This document shows positions 27,068 to 38,756 of a stretch of DNA of 64,000 bases, piece after piece. Origin of the DNA: Lobosporangium transversale (Eukaryota). Positions within the stretch are counted from its first letter, which is position 1. The number at the start of each line of letters is the position of its first letter. The translations under genes and the position numbers were made by a program. The DNA is taken from assembly GCF_002105155.1 (NCBI RefSeq), contig NW_019028990.1:248001-312000 (forward strand), written 5' to 3'. The notes under the pieces are model-generated. The model saw nothing but the letters and a program-made list of their open reading frames with translations, searched no databases and was not told the DNA's origin.

Positions 27068-28391
27068 GAGCACTATTAGCTGTGGTGTGGGTGAAGAAAC
27101 ACAAATAAATGAATGACTGAAAGATGTTTTGCTTGCTTGCCAATGTACAAGAATGTGTTATGTGTCAAATAAATGTAGATGTCGCTCCTCCGTAACAACG
27201 GAGGATGGAGCAAGAATAGTGAAGCCTTAGCTTTAAAAGCGATCTGGCTATAGTAGTAAGCAACCTCAATCTGCGTTGGAAGAGCTGGCTGTATAGTGTG
27301 ATACAAGATGTAAGCTTATGATTAGGATCACTCTCAATGGAAATGCAGTACCAGGAAACAGGAATATGCATCGATGATAAACTCTCCACAGGAAAAGGGC
27401 TCCACCTATTTTATAACAGAAACTGCAATAGCTATAAGGTGGAACAGAGGACTAAGGAATACTGCACCCGGGTGTAACGGAATTCTGACGGGGGGACGGG
27501 GGTGTTCGCGGGGGGTCAAAATTCAATTTTGACGTGGGGGTGTATTTCTCCTTTGTTCTTTTGGCGAAGCTGCAAATCCTAGAGACAATGTTTGGGAGAG
27601 GTAACGTGTGAAGCTTCCAAATAAACTTTTTTTTCTTTAAGTCTTGGATTGTTCCTGTATCATGAGAGTTGAGAAACATGACTATTAGCGAACTGAAACA
27701 GGGCCTGTGCTCGATATTTTGATACGCGTTCGTTTTTTTCGCATCTTTTTTTTTTCTTTTTTTTTCTGTTACTTCTAAACTCTTTTTTTGTTTAGTCCAG
27801 CTTACCATAACTTTATCCTCTACCTTACACTTTTACATATTTGCCTAGGTCACCTTTTCATTCCTTTCAATTTTACGCTTTTACGCCTTTACTCAGGGCA
27901 CCACCACGAAGCGCCAGCTCAGACCAAAGAATCTTCTGATAAGAAATCGAGCTCCAAAGGAGAACCATAGCCCTACTTTTCAACTCCCATTTCAAATACC
28001 CACAACCTTCTCCCTCTCCACTTTTGCCCTTTGCTTACAGAGAAATGGTTGCAAAAGATAGTCCTTTATAAATATGCGTGCAACGCTGTGTAAGGTGCCG
28101 TTGAGTAGGCGTCGCTTAGCCGTTCTTCGTGCCATTGCTTGTAATGTTGTATTTATATACTGTATATTTGAATAAATGCATTCTATGTCCTTCCAAAAAT
28201 GGTCGAACCTCAATGATGAGTCCCTTCAAATGTCGTTCATGACCTGCATGATATAACCAGCCTTCAATGATAGGGTTCTTCAACCATCGATACATGTGTA
28301 TGATTAAATTGATTGGACACTTAAAGGCATAGAATATTTCTATGCTGTGAATGCTGAAAAACATGGTTTCTAGGAAATTGAAACTTCATAC

Positions 28392-28426
<35 letters not shown>

Positions 28427-29009
28427 CAGCAGTGTTGATATATGATATAATTGATAGGCTTCTTCTAAACTGTTTTTGAGCCCAGTCCGTCTCTGCGCTC
28501 CAAAAAAAAAAAAAAAAAAAAAAAAAAAAGTGAGAAACACGAACCAGTGGCGCAAAGGCCAAGATCTTGGTACTTCTTTGTGCTTAATCACTGATCTATC
28601 CCTTGGACTGTAAAACGGGCAAATTTGCTCATTTGGCTTTCACCAATTCATGGGCAGGCAGATCCAGTTCTCCGTGCTTTTTACTAACAGATACCAGCCG
28701 TCTATTCCATACCAAAAAAGAAAAAAAGAAAAAAAATTCAGTAAAAAATCAGTGAAGAAAGCCAGCAAAAACCGTATGCCTAGTTATATCATCATGATGT
28801 GCTATGCCCACCATCCATTTGCCTTCAGTCCTTTGCGCACCTAGCAACCTTCATCACTTCTTTCCTCCTTCCCCCAGCCTAAAGGAAAACAAAGCGCCGT
28901 TTCGGCTCCTTTTTCGCCACAGGTGTGAATCCCCCATGCTGATCTAGAAATGGTTGTCATTTTGACTTTAAAAAACCGATTGGTTGCAGGCTCAAGTCTT
29001 TGTCTCTAG

Positions 29010-29480
29010 CTTGCTCTGCCCCTGTGTTTTCCCAGACGAAAGCCCTTGAATCTATCAATCCGGAAAAAGTAGAGGACGTTACGGTTGACAATACATGAGA
29101 CCAAAGCCAAGGATCATTTACCGAATTTGGCTTCGTACTGTCCTGGCGAAAAGTACTTGAGTTTGATCTATGTCCACCCAATAGTTGTTGAAAAGGATCG
29201 AGATGACCGGAATAGTGACAAAATCTGGGATAAGGAGTCAGATTCAGAACTCGATTGCAGCCCATTGATGTAACTCCTTATGGCTATTGATGGAAGCAAT
29301 ATGCCGGGTTGTCTTCCTGAAGAAGTGGTTGCCTTGCCCGATAGCGTGAAGGATTACAGGCGAGTATATGAGCGACCAGGCTCGTCTAATAGAGCAAACA
29401 ATATTAGAGAAGCAGCAGTAGTCATAGCAGGAAGATATGTCAATAACCAATATGTTGCAGCTAATGTACAAACCACATTT
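29010..29480 (+). pseudogene. Degraded gene fragment, copy 1 (unknown family)
   Basis: About 29180-29480 aligns with about 30915-31210; reading frames are broken. Confidence 0.5.
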
Positions 29481-29510
29481 AAACCTTGGTTTCAACCTTG
29501 GACATTTTGT

Positions 29511-29629
29511 TTTTATTTTTTATTTTTATTTTTATTTTTATTTTTATTTTTATTTTTATTTTTATTTTTATTTTTAATTTTAATTTTAATTTTAATTTTA
29601 ATTTTAATTTTAATTTTATTTTTATTTTT
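29511..29629 (+). repeat. Compound microsatellite (TTTTTA)n/(TTTTAA)n
   Basis: Directly visible; absent from the paralogous position near 31230. Confidence 0.9.
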
Positions 29630-29786
29630 CGCTTTATCTACTTGGTATAGCTTTAAGTAAAAGATCATATGTGTTACTGCAGGATACAAGCGTTGCGTCC
29701 CTCAAACATCAGCTCATACTCAAAGGGGACACATCAAAGTGCTGATTTTGCTTGTCCTCAGTTGTTTTTTTTTTATTGATTTTTGG

Positions 29787-30128
29787 TTAAATAAAGTAGT
29801 TGGGGCACGAAGTTGGATTCCTTGAGGGGATGCCAGCCTTGCCAAAGGACATGCTGTTCACCCAGTACGCATTATATTGGGGCTTGCCCAGACCAAGGGT
29901 ACTATAACTTCCAGTGCAATCAGTGGTCGAGAATAACTTAACATTTCCTCCCTCTCTGTTGTAGATCGTGGCCGTTTGTGTTTTCTTGAGGCAATAGCAC
30001 GGTCTGTGGCCAAAGGAGTCAAATAAAGTCTCCATTCTGCCTTCGTTATCTATAATATCAACATTGTAATCTCCCTGAGCAAGCGCACCAGCTGCACAGA
30101 GTGCCAACAACAGGAGTGATTTATGCAT
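29787..30128 (-). CDS. Small secreted cysteine protein, type A copy 2 (113 aa; no B partner)
   Basis: Identical signal peptide and Cys skeleton to A1 and A3; putative 5'UTR intron 30261-30145. Confidence 0.9.
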   Translation of the reverse strand: MHKSLLLLALCAAGALAQGDYNVDIIDNEGRMETLFDSFGHRPCYCLKKTQTATIYNREGGNVKLFSTTDCTGSYSTLGLGKPQYNAYWVNSMSFGKAGIPSRNPTSCPNYFI

Positions 30129-30789
30129 TTTTGTTGATCGATATCTATTGTAGAGAAAAGCCAGGAAGAGCAACAGGAGTTCAAAAAAAGGTCAGAAGAC
30201 TTGAGGGCACAGATCCTGAAGGTTAAATACTTAGAAGAGTGTGGAGGGAATGGGAACTTACATTATGTATTGAGGAAGAGAATGGTAAGCCATTTGTTAG
30301 TGGGAAAGATTTTATATGAGTCCAGGGACTCGATTGTTGAGATCGAACTCTAAAGTTTACACTAAATTAAGTGAGCGCCGCACATAAACTCAAAGGGAGC
30401 GCGCCGTGAACAGGCCCACTTGATTGCCCAAACTATTTGCCTAAAAGTACTATTGGATGAAGGAATACAAATAAATATATAAGATAAATATATATGTATT
30501 TTGTTTGTCCAAGAGATGTATAAATTAGCGTTAGGGATTCTGAATTTACTAATATGGTAACAGGGAACATGGGTTTTCACCTGTGAAATTTCCAAATAGA
30601 GTAAAAAATAAAATTAAATATTCTCCGATGTCATTCTTATCAATTTAGATCAAACTGTTCTCGTTCTTATATTAGTGCTTCAGATCGCAAGAATGTCAAC
30701 AACGCCATTTTCTTCAGAGAGTATAGACAGCTCGGGTATCAAACACACAACTCTACATTATTACATTAGGCTGTGTTCAGTTTTATCCA

Positions 30790-31210
30790 GAATGAAGACA
30801 AAGGATTCTACGAAATCTTCCAGGGGCTCAAATGATATGCAATTTGATGGAAAGCTCTGTGGGTGGCACGGACCCTTGGATCTGGTTCAATTCTTCCACA
30901 ATAAAAAGTTCAAGCAAGAGTTGTTGAAAAGGATCGAGACGACTGGAACAGTGACAAAATTTGGGATAGGGAGTCAGATTCAAACTCGATTGCAACCCAT
31001 TGATGTAACTCCTTATGGCTATTGATGGAAGCAATATGCCGGGTTATCTTCCTGAAGAAGTGGTTGACTTGCTCGATGATGTGAAAGATTACAAGCGAGT
31101 ATATGAGCAACGAGACTCGCCTGATAGGGTAGACAAGAAACTAAAGAAGCAACAATAGTGAGAGTAGGAAAGCTGCTAACAAATGATATGTTGCAGCAAA
31201 ATATACAAAG
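30790..31210 (+). pseudogene. Degraded gene fragment, copy 2
   Basis: Paralogue of the 29.2-29.5 kb fragment (LKRIETTGTVTKFGIGSQIQ...; MAIDGSNMPG in a shifted frame) with stops. Confidence 0.5.
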
Positions 31211-31430
31211 GATATCAAAATCTTTGGGCGTTTTTTTTTTTTTACTTTATTTACTTAATATGACTCTAAGTAAAAGATCGTATGTGTTGCTGCAGGATAT
31301 GAATGCTGCATCGCTCCAGTATCACACTTTTTTTTTCATACGTGAGAATTGTACTGTACATTAGTTCACACTCATAAGTGGCCCACACCAAAGTGCTGCC
31401 CGCTTTCAGTTGTTTTTATTGATTTTTGAA

Positions 31431-31772
31431 TTAACCAAAGTAGTTAGGGCATGAAGTTGGGTCCCTTGAGGAAATGCCAGACTTGCCAAAGGACATGCTG
31501 TACACCCACTGTGCACTATATTGGGTCTTGCCCTGAGCAAGGGGAGTATAGCTTCCAGTGCAATCAGTGCTTGAGAATAGCTTAACATCTCCTCCGTCCC
31601 TGTTGTAGATCTTGGCCGTTTGTGTATTCTTGAGGCATTTGCACACTCTGAAGCCAGTGTAGTCGTAGAAAGTGATTGTCCTGCCTGCGTTGTTTGTGAC
31701 ATCAACATGGTAATCTCCCTGAGCAAGTGCACCAGCTGCACAGAGTGCCAACAACAAGAGTGATTTATGCAT
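31431..31772 (-). CDS. Small secreted cysteine protein, type A copy 3 (113 aa)
   Basis: Differs from A1 at 16 of 113 residues by my count; putative 5'UTR intron 31892-31789. Confidence 0.9.
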   Translation of the reverse strand: MHKSLLLLALCAAGALAQGDYHVDVTNNAGRTITFYDYTGFRVCKCLKNTQTAKIYNRDGGDVKLFSSTDCTGSYTPLAQGKTQYSAQWVYSMSFGKSGISSRDPTSCPNYFG

Positions 31773-32401
31773 TTTTGTTGATCGATATCTATTGCAGGAA
31801 GAAACAAGAGTTCAAAAAAGGTCAGAAGACTTGAGGGCGCAGAGTCTCTGAAGATCAAATACTATGAGGGTGTGAGGGAGATAGGAACTTACATTGTGTA
31901 TTGAGGAAGAGAATGGTGAGCCACTTGTTAATGGGAAAGCCTGTTTTTTATATGAAGCATGGTGTTCTTTCTGCGAAGAGAATTCCGCGGTCCGGCTGCT
32001 GAGGATCGAACTTTAAAGTTTACACTAAATTGCCCACGATGAGGGTCCCCACATGGTCTGCTACAAGATAAAAGAGATAACAGAAAACAGGTTGTTTGTT
32101 TTCCTAATTGCTTTTCTAATTTGAGTTTAGTTCTCAAGTTGTTCCAACTGTTCTGTTCAAACAAAAGAAAGAGAGCGGCGTCTATAGAGCGCCGCACATA
32201 AACTCAAATGAAGTGCACACAAAACCTGAAGAGTGTGCTGTTGAATACCAAGGGAGCGCCGTTTTTTTTGATTTTAAGTTCTCGTGGCCCTTGAGTTTGT
32301 GTGCATTGGATCATTCCATTTTTCGGTACAAATATCCCCCTCTCTCCTCAACACAAACCTTTCATCACCGATCTCTTCTCTTATTCTCTGTATGCCTTCA
32401 T

Positions 32402-32432
<31 letters not shown>

Positions 32433-32541
32433 CATCTTTGTCCCTGAATTAGCTAATACCCTGAACTTCTGACTTGCCTGATGCCTAACATCCTAAATCT
32501 CTCTTGTTTCTTCCTTTATGGCTTCTCTAGAGTGACCAGCA

Positions 32542-32883
32542 ATGTATAAATCACTCGTCTTGTTGTTAGCAGTTTGCTCGAACGTTGTCCTCGGCTACCA
32601 CTACGTTACGATCGAGAACAACGCTGCCAAATATTATTCGACCGCTGCACTGCAAGATCTGGAGAGAAAGTGCATCTGTGTCAAGAATACTCAAACCGCT
32701 GCAATCAGAGGAGTCAATGGAGGAACCATCAGGCTGTTCAAATCTAACGACTGCACAGGAACCTATCAAACTCTAGGAAGCAATAGCTACCTAAAGAACA
32801 CATACTGGGTGAACAGCTACTCATTCGGTGCATCGGGTATGGCATCATCAGGCCCAAATGGATGCCCAAACTACTTTGCCTAG
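32542..32883 (+). CDS. Small secreted cysteine protein, type B copy 2 (identical protein to B1)
   Basis: Translation identical to 26726-27067; putative 5'UTR intron 32390-32530. Confidence 0.9.
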   Translation: MYKSLVLLLAVCSNVVLGYHYVTIENNAAKYYSTAALQDLERKCICVKNTQTAAIRGVNGGTIRLFKSNDCTGTYQTLGSNSYLKNTYWVNSYSFGASGMASSGPNGCPNYFA

Positions 32884-34170
32884 GAGCACTATTAGCTGTG
32901 GTGTGGGTGAAGAAACACAAATAAATGAATGACTGAAAGATGTTTTGCTTGCTTGCCAATGTACAAGAATGTGTTATGTGTCAAATAAATGTAGATGTCG
33001 CTCCTCCGTAACAACGGAGGATGGAGCAAGAATAGTGAAGCCTTAGCTTTAAAAGCGATCTGGCTATAGTAGTAAGCAACCTCAATCTGCGTTGGAAGAG
33101 CTGGCTGTATAGTGTGATACAAGATGTAAGCTTATGATTAGGATCACTCTCAATGGAAATGCAGTACCAGGAAACAGGAATATGCATCGACGATAAGCTC
33201 TCCACAGGAAAAGGGCTCTACCTATTTCATAGCAGGAACTGCAATAAGGACTATAAGGTGAAGTAGAGACTATTCGATATGACGGGATGTGAAGGGATAT
33301 GAAGGAGCAGAGGATCAGGCATCAAGACACAAAGTAAGTCTATGAAATACAAATGGATCGACTAATAGTTCTGTAGTCCGAATCTTAAAGAGAAAATTTG
33401 CGTCGGAAAGGGTCGCTAGTACAGATAATGAGCGAAGGAAATCCTTCATCATCTTTGCTGCACAATCTGAATACAGATAAGGCCACTGGGTTGGTTGTTT
33501 TTAATTGTGGTTATATAATGATTTTTTTTTTTTTTTTTTTTTTTTTTAGTGAATGAAAATACTTTCTCTATAGGCATCTTTTAGATTCTCTTTCTCGAGT
33601 GCACCCTGTCGCCATTAAAAAGTAAAAGAGAAAGATAACGATGTGATGTGAGCTTTTGGACAGAGTGTACCTGTTATTTAGAGCCGGATATCAAAGATCA
33701 GATCTCACTTTTTTTTTCCTACTGAGGGCACAGCGGTAATTGGTTGCACTTAAACACCACCAATTTTATTAGAAATGTATAAAAATAAAAGCACCAAGTC
33801 GTAAAGTATAGAGAAATAGCGGAGTGAAATAACAACGCCACCAATTTTATTGAAAATAGCATAGCTTTTTGGTCAACAACGACTTTTGCAGCGTCACCTG
33901 ACATGCAAGTGCACATATATAAAGAGTTGATTTGTCAAGAACAAGTGGGAGATGAGAGCATGGACAGGGCAGATCAAATAAGAATCTAGTACATGTACAA
34001 AATTTGCACGGGAACGATCAAATGCCTTTGTGTGAACATTAGGTCAAAAAGCATCAACAGTCCAACTCACACTGAAAAAAACCCTGAAGTATCTCAGAAG
34101 AGTCGTGCTATGTCTTCAGATGACTTTGTTATTTCAGACGAAGAGTGTATATCCACAAACTTCCTAAAAG

Positions 34171-34192
34171 CAAATTAGGATCTGATAAGACA
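34171..34192 (+). repeat. 22-bp direct repeat, right copy
   Basis: Identical to 20798-20819. Confidence 0.9.
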
Positions 34193-34286
34193 AAAAAATA
34201 TACACATGACATCCCCTCTTCTTACAATGCTTGCATGCGTTGCTCTTGCATAGTAAAAGTGACTCTTCACTTTATTGATCCAGGAG

Positions 34287-34324
<38 letters not shown>

Positions 34325-34379
34325 ATTGTATCTCTCCCATAATAAACAACCTTTGTAGTAAGCTTATTGTTATTTTTGT

Positions 34380-35617
34380 TTAAATCAAAATAGCATCATC
34401 CACGCCGGTCCCTGACCCTGACCCTGGAAGGTTCTTACTACTAGTTCCTGAGCCTGTACTTGAGCCTCCAGAACCCGACATTTGTCTAATATTAGCGGAT
34501 GATCCAGGACGAGGCATATCAATGTTGGTTCGAGACCCAGCTCTTGCGACTGAACGTTCACCATCCCTAGATGATGTAGGTTGTGAAATGGAAGTTTTAT
34601 AAGGTGATGATGGTGCTGGTCCCGGTAGTGCAGGCGCAGAGGGTAATGGGCGGGATGGCGGAGGACGATGCGATGAGAGTGATGACGAAGATGGAGCTGA
34701 AGGGGTATTGAGGAAGCTTTGGGATTTCTGGCTAGAAAGGCCTTGTTGTATGACTCCTGCCATCGCTGCTTCTGGACTCTGATATGAAGATACGGGATCA
34801 CTTCTTTTGGGAGATATCTGTGCCATCTGTTGTAGCTGCTGTTGCTGATATTGCTGTTGTTGCTGTAGTTGTTGTTGTTGGCGCCGAGCTTGGTGTTGAT
34901 GGACGGATACTTGATCCAGATGAAGCTGTTCTTGTTTCTGTGTTATTTCCAGCTCCTCTTCTTGAGTTACACTTGGTGGCGGAGCCATCCTGAAATCCAT
35001 TGAATCTTGAAGAGGTCGCACATATGGATGTGCTAATAATTCAGCCATCACTGAACAATATTTTTTAAAGATCCGTGTCAGCTCATAGTAATATCCTGGT
35101 GCGCGAGGATCTTCTATATCTGTTAACCTATCATATACATGCTTTAATACCAACCAACCAACCAAGAAGAAAAAAAATATAAGAGGGTTGTAAACATCTT
35201 CTCTAATCAGTCCAAAAAGTCGACACTTTTTTTTTGTTTGCAATATGAATATATTGAAAAGTTCGTACCTGAGGCTTAACTGGTCCTGTGCTCTCGGATG
35301 ATTTCAGATGTATGTATACACAATCGCAGAAGAACTTCCCACTAGAATACAGGACATCAAGAAGCTAAATGAAAATATCAAAAACCCCCTCCTCATTTCC
35401 TTGTCAGCCGCCATAACCAAATATCTGTACCGTTTTTTTTTTTTTTCCTTTGCTCCTGTTCCTATTGAAAGGTGGGAAAAAAAAAAAGGTATCATGAAGG
35501 CATGCTTACATTCCGATCAGGAACACTGGGAATAACGTCCGATCGAGTGTAGATCATAATTAGGCGATATGATGAACCATCAACCTCATCCAGGTTAATG
35601 TGCTCCAGACTTTGAGT

Positions 35618-35648
<31 letters not shown>

Positions 35649-35700
35649 GGAAGGAAGGAAGGAAGGAAGGAAGGAAGGAACATATAATCAATTTCGGATA

Positions 35701-35734
<34 letters not shown>

Positions 35735-36642
35735 CTCTTTATGGGCCAAAAGGCAATAGAATAGATGCTGTCCTTTGTAGCTTACACTTCTTTGAACATC
35801 GAGGTGGTATCTATAAAGGTATTCAGATGGTTGTCAAAACAAAGGAAATTATTAAAAAAAGAAATACATGATAATAAAGGCCAGCAACTCTGAGGGAGAG
35901 TATCTCTGCAAGTCTTACCAAATGCTTTAAAGTTTCCCATGGTATACAATTCATCAATGGCATGAGATAATAATACAGTATCCGAAGTGAAGTCCATATG
36001 CTAAGTAAGATAATCAAGCAGACAAGGAAGAGAAAAATACTTAGTTTTGTCTTTGCTTGCTTGTTTTCCTCCAATGTATAAAAAATATATAAAATACATA
36101 AAAAAGGGTTTGTGGATAAATCAATGACGTTTTCTTTACCCAGACAGCTTTCTCGCCCAGAATCATGATAGCAAACTCATGCTTTGAATCCCAACACGAC
36201 TTTTGCTCAATAAACCATTTTAAAAGCTGCTTTGTCCTATTGATCCGCGTTTCACTAGGGAGGAAAAAAAAAAAAAAAAAAAAAGAAAGTTCATTTTGTT
36301 ATTAAAGAGTTTGCAAAAAAAAAAAAAAAAAAAAAAAAAAAGGTGGCAAAAAAAGAAACGCTCAATCATACGCACTTGGTCTTCTCTCCTAGAATAAAGT
36401 ATTCATCCATGGATTGGTCCAGGTCGATGCCAAATATCTGCAGAATAATAAACAATAACAATCAAATGCAATTAAAAAAATTGTGCCTTATATTACTACT
36501 ATGATTGCTGGCATTTGTTAAAAAAAACGAGAGCAGAGAATATAAAAAAAAAACTCTTCCTGCAAGCCTTTACAATTTTTTCTCGTCCAGGCAGAGGAAT
36601 TGCCGCGTCATGTTCGCCACTAGTTGAATCCATTTCTTCCAT
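34380..36642 (-). CDS. BABAM1: BABAM1/MERIT40/NBA1-like vWA protein (BRISC/BRCA1-A subunit) with Q/S/P-rich tail; many short exons
   Basis: Spliced reading PGREKI|IFGIDLDQSM, WDSKHEFAIMIL, DFTSD..L, RLIMIYTRS, FFCDC.YIH and ELLAHPYVRPLQ parallels recalled human MERIT40 motifs (PEKVIICLDL, DKSHEFALV, RTILVYSR, FFFDVVYIH, KLLAHPLQRP). Confidence 0.82.
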
Positions 36643-36889
36643 GAGAGTATATAGAGCACAAGGCGTAAGGACGAGTTATTAATGTAACAATTGAGTTGCT
36701 AAAGAGTAAGTTTGAATGCCAAGAATGAGCCAACAGCAACGGTTTTACACTCAAAGTGGTTCATGTGGAACTTGGGCTGAGGCTTTATTTCCGAATTCTA
36801 TTTCCTCACATAGTCCCCCTTTTTTTCCTCATTAAATAGCGCCACTACTTTTTAGTATACATGTATTTTTATTGATTTTTAGGCTTTGA

Positions 36890-38254
36890 CTATGATGGAG
36901 TAGGTAAAGGTGTACTTGGGCGTGGTGAACCAGGATTGGATGCACCAGCCTTTGCACCAAGCCTCCTTGCTGAAGGAAGCAATGGCTGGAACGCGAATTT
37001 GGTCCTAAAAGAATGAATATATTGCATGTTATAATTGGTTCCCGGTCTAGGATGAGGTAGACACCATATAAAGCATTCACTGCAACAAACCTGCAAGTAG
37101 AGCACACTGGAGAGAAACTACAGAAAACTTGAAAAGTCAAGTAAAAAATAACAGTAAGCATGTCACTCGCCGTGGATACTATTTAGTGAATCATGTTCCG
37201 AAACTGTTGAACTTACTGGATAGACATACTGAGCACACATAACCAATGTCGACAATCTTCTTATGACAGAAACAAGCTGCCCTAAAGTCAACTTGATCCT
37301 GTCCTGGCAAGTATAAATAATTCCTCGAATACATATCAGGTAAGAATGAAAACTAAAAAAGAAAGAAGGAACCAAATATAAGCAAAAAAAAAGAAAAAAA
37401 GGAAAAAAAAAATCAGTAAACAATATAGTAAAGGATCCTATCAAGCCTCCATGTCCCAAAATATATTTACCATCAGGATCTGTAAGAGGCCTCTTGGGTC
37501 GCTCGGTTTCATATAGATACCCTCTGTTATATGCGCCGCCTGTTGAAGGAACACAGCATCTTTGCCCCATATCTTGCATACATCAATAGGTATATTCTAT
37601 TTTGACAAACGATTGTTTACGTTAGTAGCAACATCTGCGGGTTGGAAATATATATATATATATATGAAAGCGAGAGTTTCCTGAACAGCCTCAAAACTTA
37701 CCGCCTTTTGCGCTGAAAAGATGCAATTCATAATGGGGATATAATCCGATGATGAATCCGGTGACACTGTCAAGACTAAGATCCTGGGTCTAACATGCCC
37801 CATCCCATCGGATTTTAGGGCCTGGTTGATATCTACCAATGATACCGGAAAAGAAATATACACTTTAAGAACATGTCTCCAATGCTTTTGCATCGAAGTA
37901 AAATGTTCCTTGACTATTATACATGGTGAATCCCGAAAGAAAAAAAAAAAAAAAAAAAAAAAAAAACCTACAACAGAGTCCAAGTGATAGTGAAGCCGCA
38001 ATCTTGGATGAACCAACGTCTCGCTCCTCCAACGCAGGGCGAGGGTCCTGCAATAGTTTTGCAATCCCGGACTGGACTGCATCATTAACAACCTTAAAAA
38101 CTTGGTATGCATTGGCGTCCTTCTTTGTTCCTACTCTCCCACCAGGGATTGGTCCATTCAATTCTGGATATAAAAATTTGCTGGAATGATAGAGGAGATC
38201 GATCAATATCATTCATGTCCGATAAAATAAAATTAAATTGGTGGCGCGTCAATG

Positions 38255-38288
<34 letters not shown>

Positions 38289-38633
38289 TCCATGTTCTCC
38301 GTAGTAACTCATAGTTCCGCATTTACCTAGCACCCACATGACTTGCAATCACAGCCAACCTGTTGTCATGCCGTCCTGCGAGATGTGCATTCATAAAAGC
38401 AAGAATGTGTTGAAGAGCTTCATTGAGGCTGAGGGGTGCTGAAGGGTGTTCCCATTCAAACGGGTTAATGTCAATGACAATCACCAACAGATTGGGATCA
38501 TCTATTTATTAATAATATCCACGACGGTCAATTGGTCTATCCTCAAGCGATGAAGTATACAAAGTCGTTCAACTCTTTATTTTTTATTTATTTTTTTTTG
38601 AGTCTTGCCTTCATTAATCGTGCTGTCCTTCAT
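36890..38633 (-). CDS. TFB4: TFIIH subunit Tfb4/p34, multi-exon; first intron probably GC-AG
   Basis: [58 protein letters not shown]...GYVCSVCLS and FC....CSTC. Confidence 0.93.
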
Positions 38634-38756
38634 TGTTCTTTTGGTTTGAAAAAAGAAGGCAAAGAGCATTTGAGTGCTGTGCATTATAGATATTGTATAT
38701 TGTTAACACGTGATTTATAAGGCTTTTTTTTTTTTTATTATAATTTTATTTTATTT

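Noticed and set aside
27980..28370. Possible transposase relic
   Set aside because: No DDE, HUH or RT motif recognisable in any frame.
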